Assembly (NCBI GenBank): GCA_964583625.1
Contig: CAZOVA010000002.1
Span: forward strand, 29,452 to 93,451
Length of the DNA stretch: 64,000 bases
Source: an uncultured Pseudomonadales bacterium
Lineage (GTDB): Bacteria; Patescibacteriota; Microgenomatia; UBA1400; PJMF01
Direction: 5' to 3'
The position numbers and the translations under genes are program-made. The notes beneath the pieces are model-generated. The model ran no database searches. It worked only from the letters and a program-made list of their open reading frames with translations, and had not been told where the DNA came from. Of the stretch, positions 47,526-56,318 are shown piece by piece. Position 1 is the stretch's first letter. Each line of letters opens with the position of its first letter.

Positions 47526-49345
47526 AAATCTCTTAAATTTTTATTGAGAGAAGAATTAATGATCGATCTTTCAAAGTAATCCTGGCGATAAACTTCAGCT
47601 AAGGTAAATAGTTTATTTTTTATCAAATAAGTAAATTGGAGTTTTACATATTGCCAAGGCCAATCTAATTGATCGCTAAACTCTTCCCATGAGTTTTTAG
47701 TTGCTTTCAGATCGGTAAAAATGGCAAAATCAACCTCTGGCTGTTTATGAAATTGTAAGTGAATTACTTCTCCATTAGCTCTGAGGTTTTTCTCTTCTGT
47801 TCGATCTAAAAAAGTGGCCACTTCTCCTTGACTATTATAGACAAAAAAGCTAAATTTATTTTCACTTATACCTTGAGGCGGATCAATGGCAAGGGAATAA
47901 AGACCATCGGCTGGTTGAGAGAGGTAATATTGATCGCCGATTTTTTCTGTGTAGCCATCAGGATTGATATCGGGAGCAAAAAGGGGAACTTTTTCCAAAA
48001 CTATCGTTTCTCCAGTTTCGTCTTTGAGATGGACAGAAGCTTGACCAAGAATATTGATAATAAAATAACTTTGGTCAGTTAGTGAGGGTTTTAAAAAACG
48101 CAAGCTTTGGATTGATAAGCCAAGCTGGTAGTCCTTGCTAGTTTGACGATCGGTATAAAACGGGTCTTTGACCAATAAGGTTCCCAAACCATCGATGCCA
48201 CTACTCACCAAGAAATGTCCTGGCATTTCAATAATTAGTGGTTGTCGTTGATCGAGTTTGTCGCGTAAAACATTATGCGCCCACAAAGTAGAAAAAGATT
48301 TAGGTTTAATAACCTGATATTCAAATTTAGGGAAAATTTTACCCTCGCCAAAATAATATTTTTTATGCAGTTGAGTTGAAAGACGAACCAGGGCTTGCCA
48401 GTTGAGGAGATTTTTATTTATATAGCCATCTTTTTGAGCAATTAGCCATCGATTAAGGTTGCTAGGATCCAAAATTTCACCACTTGGTAAATAAAAATAG
48501 CGATGATAATTGAAAATCATAGCTGCGCTCGTCAAAGCGCAACCAATCTCGCCAATCGTTTGAGGCTGGGAGGTTTGATCAGTTTGACCTAAAATTTCAT
48601 TTTGCCAAACAGGATTGGTTTGAGCTAAAGGCCAAATATCTAGTTGATCGAAATAATAGGCATGATCATAATAAAACTGATTTAAAGTGAGGCTGGCTGT
48701 TGGATTTTTCAACCACTCTTTTTGTAAGACAAAAGCGGGCGGCCAAGTACTAGATAGAAAGTAAAAATGATTGTGAAAAAAGGTGCGATCAAAAATATAG
48801 TCACCGAACTCTCCTTGATCGGTTGTCCAAATTTGGATTCGAAAATGATGTTGGTCGCTCACTAGATTAAGAGAATATTTTTCTGTTGTCTTAGCCGGCT
48901 TGCGATAATTATAAAAAGAAAAGAATTCCGAGTCTGAACTTGGCGGGAAATGACTGTCTTTTAATAGGCAGTGCAAACTGGAATAACTTTCAACTTTAAT
49001 TTTTTGGCAAACGACACTCTGATAGCTTCCATCAGGAGAAAAAAGAAAACGAAATTCAAACTGATCGCCAATGTCAAAGTGATTAAGCTCGAACTGAGCT
49101 TGAAAACTATAGTCTTGACCTGAAGTTGGCGGTTCGATGAGAGGTGAAAGAGCGGCAAAAGGTTCTTGCTGACTGGGAGTAATCTTGAGGCCGGCGGGCA
49201 CTAATTCCACTTGACCAAAAGTTCTAAAATCTTCCAAGCGGTGAGCAAAACTAGCAAAATGTCTAGTGGGAATTTCTTCTTGAGCAAAGACCAATTGTCC
49301 ACTAAAAGTGAAAAACATTATTAATAGTAGAACTTTTCCGATCAT
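47507..49345 (-). CDS. secreted protein with a C39-like (papain-fold) cysteine peptidase domain
   Basis: Signal peptide MIGKVLLLIMFFTFSGQLVFAQEE. Candidate catalytic Cys (GEIGCALTSAAMIFNYH) and His (MPGHFLVSSGIDG) in the Peptidase_C39_2-like spacing. Large flanking beta-rich regions. Confidence 0.5.
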   Translation of the reverse strand: MIGKVLLLIMFFTFSGQLVFAQEEIPTRHFASFAHRLEDFRTFGQVELVPAGLKITPSQQEPFAALSPLIEPPTSGQDYSFQAQFELNHFDIGDQFEFRFLFSPDGSYQSVVCQKIKVESYSSLHCLLKDSHFPPSSDSEFFSFYNYRKPAKTTEKYSLNLVSDQHHFRIQIWTTDQGEFGDYIFDRTFFHNHFYFLSSTWPPAFVLQKEWLKNPTASLTLNQFYYDHAYYFDQLDIWPLAQTNPVWQNEILGQTDQTSQPQTIGEIGCALTSAAMIFNYHRYFYLPSGEILDPSNLNRWLIAQKDGYINKNLLNWQALVRLSTQLHKKYYFGEGKIFPKFEYQVIKPKSFSTLWAHNVLRDKLDQRQPLIIEMPGHFLVSSGIDGLGTLLVKDPFYTDRQTSKDYQLGLSIQSLRFLKPSLTDQSYFIINILGQASVHLKDETGETIVLEKVPLFAPDINPDGYTEKIGDQYYLSQPADGLYSLAIDPPQGISENKFSFFVYNSQGEVATFLDRTEEKNLRANGEVIHLQFHKQPEVDFAIFTDLKATKNSWEEFSDQLDWPWQYVKLQFTYLIKNKLFTLAEVYRQDYFERSIINSSLNKNLRDFWQDQL

Positions 49346-49416
49346 AGTTTTAATTATTATTGATTATGAAAATGATAAGAAAATGATTAATAGAGACTCA
49401 GTCAGATTTAAGAAAT

Positions 49417-50148
49417 TTATTTTTTCAAAGCTAAAGCTAGAAAATAAAGGGTATTTTTTGGACTGATATTGTTTTGCAAGTATAAACAAGCAGTTTGTAG
49501 GTGGATGAGACCGTCTGTGAGTTGATCAAGAGTGAGAGGAGAATTTTTAGGTTGATCAAGAAAAAAAGTTAAGCTGTAAATTAATTGTTGTAAAAGAAGA
49601 AATAAATGGAGACTTTTTTTGGGAGCATCTTCTGTTTGAGGTGGACCCTCAAGCAGTTTTTTATAGTCATCAAGAAAAATTTTCTCCCAATTTTGAGCCA
49701 GCTTCACTGGTCCTGTTTCAAACCAAGTATCTATTTGCCAGAAATTTAAAATCTGCAGAGCTTCCTTCTCGGTCATTAATAGAGGGAGAGATAAGATTTG
49801 ACAACGAGAAATGAGGGTGGGCAGAACTAGTGACAAGTTTCTTGTCAAAAGAATAAAATCGGTTCCCGTGGGCGGTTCTTCAATAATTTTTAATAAAGAA
49901 TTTTGGACTAATCTACTACAATTATTGAGATCAAGAACAAAAATAGCAATTTTATCCTTTTGTTTAATTTGTCGGCTTTGTTTTTTTAAAAAACGGGCGT
50001 CTTCAATCAATAGCTTTTCACCCAAATTGACAAATTGCCAAAGGATGTTTTCCTTAGTAAAAGAAAAATTTGTCTTTGCTAACAAAGACATCAAGTCTTT
50101 AGATAAATCAATTTTTTCTTGGGGATAATTTTGTACTAAAAAAGGCAT
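49417..50148 (-). CDS. holB: DNA polymerase III delta' subunit-like (clamp loader, no P-loop)
   Basis: AAA+ lid/sensor region KIIEEPPTGTDFILLTRNLSLVLPTLISRCQIL without a Walker A. Confidence 0.6.
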   Translation of the reverse strand: MPFLVQNYPQEKIDLSKDLMSLLAKTNFSFTKENILWQFVNLGEKLLIEDARFLKKQSRQIKQKDKIAIFVLDLNNCSRLVQNSLLKIIEEPPTGTDFILLTRNLSLVLPTLISRCQILSLPLLMTEKEALQILNFWQIDTWFETGPVKLAQNWEKIFLDDYKKLLEGPPQTEDAPKKSLHLFLLLQQLIYSLTFFLDQPKNSPLTLDQLTDGLIHLQTACLYLQNNISPKNTLYFLALALKK

Positions 50149-50194
50149 AAAACTTGCATGCTAATTTTTTTTATTATACAATGGTAAGCAATCA

Positions 50195-51934
50195 ATGTTA
50201 AGACAAAACCGTACTTTACTAGATGAGTTGGTAGAAATGGGCAAGCTTGATCAAAATCAAGCCAACTCTTTTCGCGCGCAACAATTGCAAACAAATAAAG
50301 ATTTGGAAAGCTTAATTGTTAATTCTGGTTTGATTGATAAAGCAACCCTTTTATCAGCCCTTTCTAGTTTGAATAATATTCCTGTAGTCAAATTGAAAAC
50401 TGTCGGTGCTGCGCCAACCGCTTTAGCAGAAGTTGATTCTGATTTGGCTCGTCGTTACCAGCTCTTCCCTTTTGCCTTAGATACAGTTAATAATAGCTTG
50501 TTAGTGGCGATGGCGGACCCTTTGGATTTGACCGCCATTCAGTTTATTAGTCAAAAAACTGGCAAAAAAGTGGTTCCTCATTACGCCGACGTTGAAGAAA
50601 TAGAGAAAACGATTGAAACAGCTTATAGTAATAATTTATCACAAGAAATCACTGAAGCTTTGGAAGATACAGATAATGTAGTGAAAGCCAAAGCGGTAAA
50701 AAACTTCTCCGAACTATCTAGCGCTGGCATTATTAAACAAGCCCCGATTGCCAAAATCGTAGAACAAATATTGGGTTTTGCTGTTGGCTCTGGCGCCTCT
50801 GATATTCATATTGAACCACAAACCAATCGCATTCGCGTTCGTTATCGGATTGACGGCATTTTGCAGGAAAAACTGATTTTGCCCCGCAGTGTGGCTGACT
50901 CTTTAGTTTCTAGGATTAAAATTCTCTCTCGTCTCAAAATTGATGAAAAAAGATTACCTCAGGACGGTCGTTTTGGTTTTAGCTCTGATAAAGGGAAAGT
51001 AGATTTGCGTGTTTCTACCCTACCCACCGTTCATGGAGAAAAAGTGGTAATTCGGCTTTTACATAAACAAGACGATGTTCCTTCTATGGAAGAATTGGGC
51101 ATGTCGGGCAAAGCTTTGAAAAGCTTTTTGAGAGCTATCAAAGTTCCACAAGGAATTATTTTAGTGACTGGACCAACTGGTAGTGGTAAAACGACCACTC
51201 TTTACTCAGCCCTTAATATTGTTAATACTATGGCTGTCAACATTCTCACAGTGGAAGATCCGGTGGAATATGAAATGCCAGGAATCTCTCAGGTGCAAGT
51301 AAATAATCAAGCCGGTTTAACATTTGCCAATGTCTTGCGTTCTTTCTTACGTCAAGATCCCGATATTATAATGGTGGGAGAAATCCGTGATCATGAAACA
51401 GCGGCTTTGGCAGTGCAAGCAGCCCTGACTGGACATTTAGTTTTTGCCACTTTGCATACCAATAGTGCTGGTGGAGCTATCCCTCGTTTGATTGATATGG
51501 GAGTTGAGCCATTTTTACTTGCCTCTTCAATGAATTTAGTGATGGCTCAACGAGTTATGCGACGTTTGAACCCGGAAATGTCGGAGGAGTATCAACCCAG
51601 CAGTGATGAAATTGACAAACTTCGTGAAACTTTGGGTAAAAATCTTGATTTGTGGTTGGCGGAAAAGCAAATCACTCTTGATCAACTCAGATTGAGACGA
51701 CCAAAACCAGAATTGGGTAATAGTAATGACGCTTACAAAGGAAGAATCGCAATTTTTGAGGTCATGGCAATCGACGAAGAGATTCAATCTTTAGTTCTAA
51801 AGAGCAGGCCCTCGGGTGATTTAGAGAAAGCGGCTCTAGATAAAGGGATGCTTTTGATGAAACAGGACGGCTACATCAAAGTTTTGGAGGGTATAACTAC
51901 CATAGGTGAAGTTTTGCGGGTAGCGGAGATCTAA
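50195..51934 (+). CDS. pilB: type IV pilus assembly ATPase PilB (GspE family)
   Basis: N-terminal GSPII_E_N domain, Walker A VTGPTGSGKTTT, Asp box, Walker B, His box (GEIRDHETA...). Confidence 0.9.
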   Translation: MLRQNRTLLDELVEMGKLDQNQANSFRAQQLQTNKDLESLIVNSGLIDKATLLSALSSLNNIPVVKLKTVGAAPTALAEVDSDLARRYQLFPFALDTVNNSLLVAMADPLDLTAIQFISQKTGKKVVPHYADVEEIEKTIETAYSNNLSQEITEALEDTDNVVKAKAVKNFSELSSAGIIKQAPIAKIVEQILGFAVGSGASDIHIEPQTNRIRVRYRIDGILQEKLILPRSVADSLVSRIKILSRLKIDEKRLPQDGRFGFSSDKGKVDLRVSTLPTVHGEKVVIRLLHKQDDVPSMEELGMSGKALKSFLRAIKVPQGIILVTGPTGSGKTTTLYSALNIVNTMAVNILTVEDPVEYEMPGISQVQVNNQAGLTFANVLRSFLRQDPDIIMVGEIRDHETAALAVQAALTGHLVFATLHTNSAGGAIPRLIDMGVEPFLLASSMNLVMAQRVMRRLNPEMSEEYQPSSDEIDKLRETLGKNLDLWLAEKQITLDQLRLRRPKPELGNSNDAYKGRIAIFEVMAIDEEIQSLVLKSRPSGDLEKAALDKGMLLMKQDGYIKVLEGITTIGEVLRVAEI

Positions 51935-51978
51935 AATTTGAAAACAAATTATGATAAAATGAGAAGTGAAAAAATTTT

Positions 51979-53034
51979 ATGAATATTCGTGATATTTTAA
52001 ACAGTTTGGTGGAAAAAAATGGTTCTGATATCCACTTAATTGTCGGCTTACCTCCAATTTTGCGTTTGGATGGTGATTTGATTCCTGTTCCTGGTGTTGG
52101 AGAGATTACCCCAGCAGAAATGGATTTACTACTTGACCCCCTTATGAGTGCCGAACAAAAGCAACTTTTTGCAGACAATAAAGAATGGGATTTTGCCTAT
52201 CAACATGAAGATAAGGGAAGATTTCGTATCAATGTTTATTTAACTAAAGGTAATAAAGCAGCCGCTTTGCGTTTGATTCCTGCTCGAATTAGGACAATTG
52301 AAGAACTGAATTTACCTAAAGTTTTTGAAAAAATGGCCAATAAAAAACAGGGTTTGGTACTAGTGACTGGCCCGACGGGAGAAGGTAAATCAACCTCTTT
52401 GGCGGCTTTAATTGATCGGATTAATAGTCAACGCAATGAACATATTCTAACGATCGAAGATCCTATTGAATTTGTTTACGAGCCAAAAAGAAGTATTATC
52501 TCTCAAAGAGAAATTAATCAAGACACCAAAGATTGGGGTATTGCTTTGCGCAGTGCCTTACGTGAGGACCCAGATGTAGTTTTGGTGGGAGAGCTACGTG
52601 ACTATGAAACGATTGCTTCAGCGATTACGGTGGCGGAAACAGGCCACTTAGTTTTTGGAACTTTGCATACTGCTACCGCGGCCCAAACTATTGACCGGAT
52701 CATTGACGTTTTTCCCTCCCATCAACAAGCTCAAGTACGCCAGCAACTCTCTGCTACGGTTGAGGCAGTTATTTCTCAAAGACTATTGAAGAAAACTGGC
52801 GGTGGACGGATCGCTGCTTTTGAGGTGATGACTGCCAATGCTGCCATTCGCAATCTAATTCGCGAAGGTAAGACCTATCAAATAGATAATGTGATTCAAA
52901 CGACCAGCGCTGAAGGTAATATGTTAATTGAAAGTAGTTTGCTTGATTTAGTACGGCAAAATTTTATTGCTAAGGAAGATGCTTTGCGAACGGCTTTTAG
53001 ACCAGATCAAATGCAGAGACTTTTAGGAGGATAA
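51979..53034 (+). CDS. pilT: type IV pilus retraction ATPase PilT
   Basis: VLVTGPTGEGKSTSLAAL, ILTIEDPIEF, GELRDYETI. Confidence 0.9.
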   Translation: MNIRDILNSLVEKNGSDIHLIVGLPPILRLDGDLIPVPGVGEITPAEMDLLLDPLMSAEQKQLFADNKEWDFAYQHEDKGRFRINVYLTKGNKAAALRLIPARIRTIEELNLPKVFEKMANKKQGLVLVTGPTGEGKSTSLAALIDRINSQRNEHILTIEDPIEFVYEPKRSIISQREINQDTKDWGIALRSALREDPDVVLVGELRDYETIASAITVAETGHLVFGTLHTATAAQTIDRIIDVFPSHQQAQVRQQLSATVEAVISQRLLKKTGGGRIAAFEVMTANAAIRNLIREGKTYQIDNVIQTTSAEGNMLIESSLLDLVRQNFIAKEDALRTAFRPDQMQRLLGG

Positions 53035-53035
53035 G

Positions 53036-54238
53036 ATGCCTTTTTATAATTACAAAGCCAAAAACTCTTCAGGACAACCCCAAAAAGGAAAAGTGGAAGC
53101 TGTTTCCGAAGCTAAAGCAGCTGAGACTTTGCAAGAAAGAGGCTTTTTTGTAATTTCCTTAACCCCAGTGGTAGAAAGAAGTAGCCTTTTGAGTAATCAA
53201 AAGCAAGTGATGAGTTTTGCCGATACAGTAATTTTTACTCGCCAGTTGGCTTCGATGATTGAAGCAGGTTTGACTTTGACCAATTCTCTTTCTTTACTCA
53301 TTCAGCAAGCCAAGCCCTCAGTTAGAGCGGTTTTAGGTCAGATTCTCAATGATATTGAAAGTGGGATGTCTTTTACCAAAGCTTTGGAAAAACACCCGAA
53401 GGCTTTTTCCAAAACTTATATTTATTTAGTGCAAGCGGGAGAGTCGAGCGGTTCTCTAGATATTATTTTGAATCGTTTAGCGGACACTATTGAAGAACAA
53501 AAAGAGTTTAGAGGAAAGATTATTAGTTCCCTGATTTATCCAGCAGTAGTTTTATTGGTGATGATCGCTGTCGGAGCTATTATGATGATAGTCGTTGTTC
53601 CTAAACTAATTGGTATTTTTGAAGAATTTGAAGCGAAATTACCCTTGCCCACTCTAATACTCATTGGCCTTTCCAACTTTTTAGTTTCTTATTGGTGGTT
53701 AATGTTGATTTTTATAGTAGTGGCAGTGGCCATTGCTTCTACTTGGTATCGGAGCGCTGATTCTAAAAGATTGGTTGATAAATGGTTATTCAAAATTCCA
53801 GTAATTGGCGAACTGCGCAAAAAAACTATTCTCACTGACTTTAGCCAAACTCTAAGTTTATTAGTTCGCTCTGGTGTACCTTTGGTGGATTCTTTAAATT
53901 TAGCTACCGAATCAATGGGAAGCATTAATTATCGTGATTATATGCACATCATTAAGGACAAAGTGGAAAAAGGGGTGGCTTTTGGTGAAGCTTTGAGTGC
54001 TTATGAAGACTTTCCGCCAATTATGACTCAAATGATTACTGTAGGTGAGGAGACGGGTAAACTAGATGATCTTTTGGCTCGTTTAGGCAGGTATTTCAAA
54101 GGTGAAGCGCAGAGAGCAGTGGCGGCTTTGATGTCAGCTTTTGAACCTTTATTGATGGTGATCTTGGGTATTGCGGTCGCTTTTTTGGTAATTGCTATTA
54201 TTTTGCCAATTTATGACCTGACTGGACAAATTGGTTAA
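53036..54238 (+). CDS. pilC: type IV pilus inner-membrane platform protein PilC (GspF family)
   Basis: Two T2SSF repeats, three TM segments, about 400 aa. Confidence 0.9.
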   Translation: MPFYNYKAKNSSGQPQKGKVEAVSEAKAAETLQERGFFVISLTPVVERSSLLSNQKQVMSFADTVIFTRQLASMIEAGLTLTNSLSLLIQQAKPSVRAVLGQILNDIESGMSFTKALEKHPKAFSKTYIYLVQAGESSGSLDIILNRLADTIEEQKEFRGKIISSLIYPAVVLLVMIAVGAIMMIVVVPKLIGIFEEFEAKLPLPTLILIGLSNFLVSYWWLMLIFIVVAVAIASTWYRSADSKRLVDKWLFKIPVIGELRKKTILTDFSQTLSLLVRSGVPLVDSLNLATESMGSINYRDYMHIIKDKVEKGVAFGEALSAYEDFPPIMTQMITVGEETGKLDDLLARLGRYFKGEAQRAVAALMSAFEPLLMVILGIAVAFLVIAIILPIYDLTGQIG

Positions 54239-54259
54239 AAAAAAGAGAGGCTTTCAACA

Positions 54260-54847
54260 GTGAAAAAATATCAAGGAGCAACTTTAACAGAAACTATTAT
54301 TGCGGCAATCATTATCGCTGTCCTGGCTTTGGTTTTATGGAGATTGCTTGATCCGCCTGAATTAATAAAAAAGTCTAGAGACACTAACACTTTAGCTCAA
54401 GCCAATGAAATTTCCAAGTCAATACAACACTATTATGTTAATTATGGTTTTTTTCCTTGGAATAGAGGCAATGAAAACTTCCTCACACCAGTGCGCGACA
54501 CCAATCGCTATTATTTTTATGATGCTGAAAATCCAGATTCCAATTTTGGCTGGTTGAGTAATTTGGTGACTGGCAGCTATTTGAAAGAAACTGAGGTAGG
54601 AGACATTATTCAGGAGAATAGACTTTATGTTTATAAGGCAGTCAATAGTACTGAAGTCTATATTTGTTTCTCGCCTCTTTCTCGATATTATCGAGAGGCA
54701 GCCGCTTTGTCTTGTAATAAAGCCGCGGAGAAAGAGAAAAACACTCCCGCTAATTATCGCGAGTTTATTGCTTGTCAAAGTGATGATGGGACAGTCTTAA
54801 TTCCAGAGGAAACTGCGAGTCGCAATCTCTTGTGTGTAGTAGAATAA
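54260..54847 (+). CDS. type IV pilin-like protein (prepilin)
   Basis: Class III signal: MKKYQG|ATLTETIIAAIIIAVLALVLW with Glu at +5. C-terminal domain with 4 Cys. GTG start. Confidence 0.65.
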   Translation: MKKYQGATLTETIIAAIIIAVLALVLWRLLDPPELIKKSRDTNTLAQANEISKSIQHYYVNYGFFPWNRGNENFLTPVRDTNRYYFYDAENPDSNFGWLSNLVTGSYLKETEVGDIIQENRLYVYKAVNSTEVYICFSPLSRYYREAAALSCNKAAEKEKNTPANYREFIACQSDDGTVLIPEETASRNLLCVVE

Positions 54848-54848
54848 A

Positions 54849-55664
54849 ATGTGGATTTATTATTTTTTATTCCTTCTCTCCTTCTTTTTTTTAGGGGCAG
54901 CTTTGGCTAGTTTTTTAGCTCTCTTGCATTATCGCTTACCTAAGAAAGAAAACTGGACAACGAAACCCAGTTTTTGTGATCATTGTCGGCAGAAAATTTC
55001 TCTTTGGAGCAAGGTGCCAGTATTTTCTTATCTCTTTCTGCGGGGAAAGTGTCGCTTTTGTCAGAAAAAAATCCCCCCCCTTTATTTTTGGTGGGAGTTG
55101 ATCAATGGTTTGTTTTTTAGTTGGTGGGCTGGGCAATTTTTATTGTTTTCAGTGGACTGGTGGACAGCCGTCCCCCTTTTGTTTTTAGGACAGATTTTAA
55201 TTTTTGTTGCCTTAATTGATTGGCAAAGACGCTATATTACTAGTTTTTGGTTGGGCGTAATTGCTCTTCTCACTATTTTTACTAATATAATTTGGTTTCT
55301 TGTTGGTAAGCAAGACTGGCCTCTTTTGGGACAAAAACTTCTAGCTTCTTTAACTTTACTATTTTTGTTTTTTCTCATTGATTTTTTGGGGCAAAAAATC
55401 TGGCGACAAGAAGTGACTTTGGGTCAAGGCGATGCTTTTTTAATTGCTCTTTTGGCTTGGTGGCTCGATCCAAGACAAAGCCTGACAATGCTACTTTTTT
55501 CTTTTTGGAGTGGCGCCTTGCTTGGGCTTTTTTTGCTTTGGAGAAAAAAAAGCCAACAAAAAGGTGATGGTAAATTGGCCTTTATCCCCTTTATTGTTAT
55601 TGGTTTTTATGGTAGTTATGCTTTTGCCGAGCAATTATGGCGATTTTTGGAGAATTTTGCTTGA
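54849..55664 (+). CDS. pilD: prepilin peptidase (A24 family) PilD
   Basis: N-terminal Zn-ribbon CDHC...CRFC, polytopic, catalytic Asp motif GQGDAFLIALLAWW. Confidence 0.85.
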   Translation: MWIYYFLFLLSFFFLGAALASFLALLHYRLPKKENWTTKPSFCDHCRQKISLWSKVPVFSYLFLRGKCRFCQKKIPPLYFWWELINGLFFSWWAGQFLLFSVDWWTAVPLLFLGQILIFVALIDWQRRYITSFWLGVIALLTIFTNIIWFLVGKQDWPLLGQKLLASLTLLFLFFLIDFLGQKIWRQEVTLGQGDAFLIALLAWWLDPRQSLTMLLFSFWSGALLGLFLLWRKKSQQKGDGKLAFIPFIVIGFYGSYAFAEQLWRFLENFA

Positions 55665-55739
55665 CAAAGTTTTTAAATTATGTTTTAATTTAAGAAGTGA
55701 AAAATATCATTAGTATTAATGAAAGGAAAAATTATTAAT

Positions 55740-56252
55740 ATGAAAAAACAATTTAAGGCCTTCACGCTGATTGAGCTGATGGTGGTGGTGGCGGTGATCG
55801 CAATTTTGGCCACCCTGAGTGTCTCAAACTTCAGTGCGGCGGTCAAAAGAACGAGAAATGCTGGTCGTCAAGCTGATGTCCAGGCGGTAGCTAAGGCTTT
55901 GGAGACTTGCTATGATGTCCCGACGGGGAGATATAGCGGTTTAGGAACTGGAACCAGCCCCATTTCGCTTGGCTCTGGTACGGCTAGTGGTGCTTTTCAG
56001 GCATCTACCAACACCTGTCTTAATGAAGATATTGTCCCTGACATGAGTAATTATCCTTATTCTATTAGCTGGGTTGCTGGTCCTCCTCAAAGGTTTGTAG
56101 TCTGTGCTGCTTTGGAAAAAGTGGCTAATTGGGAAAACATTGGCAACTCGGCCACCACAAATCCAAGTATATCAACCGCTGGTGTGAGTCTTGGTACTGG
56201 CTGCTCATCAGGAAGTACTGACTGTGCTTTCTGTGTGATAAACCAACAATAA
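55740..56252 (+). CDS. pilA: type IV major pilin (prepilin)
   Basis: MKKQFKA|FTLIELMVVVAVIAILATLSV class III signal (Ala at -1, Glu at +5). C-terminal domain with Cys pairs (CYD...C; C...C...C...C). ORF opens at 55719 but the ATG at 55740 fits leader length and the AAAGGA RBS. Confidence 0.8.
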   Translation: MKKQFKAFTLIELMVVVAVIAILATLSVSNFSAAVKRTRNAGRQADVQAVAKALETCYDVPTGRYSGLGTGTSPISLGSGTASGAFQASTNTCLNEDIVPDMSNYPYSISWVAGPPQRFVVCAALEKVANWENIGNSATTNPSISTAGVSLGTGCSSGSTDCAFCVINQQ

Positions 56253-56286
56253 AAGTTAAGTAAACTAAAAATCTAGACTCCCTAAG

Positions 56287-56318
56287 CTCAAAGCTTGGGG
56301 AGTTTTTTAATTTTGGAT
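56287..56318 (+). terminator. rho-independent terminator after pilA
   Basis: 12-bp stem actccctaagct / agcttggggagt (one G-U pair) with a 3-nt loop, then tttttt. Confidence 0.55.
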
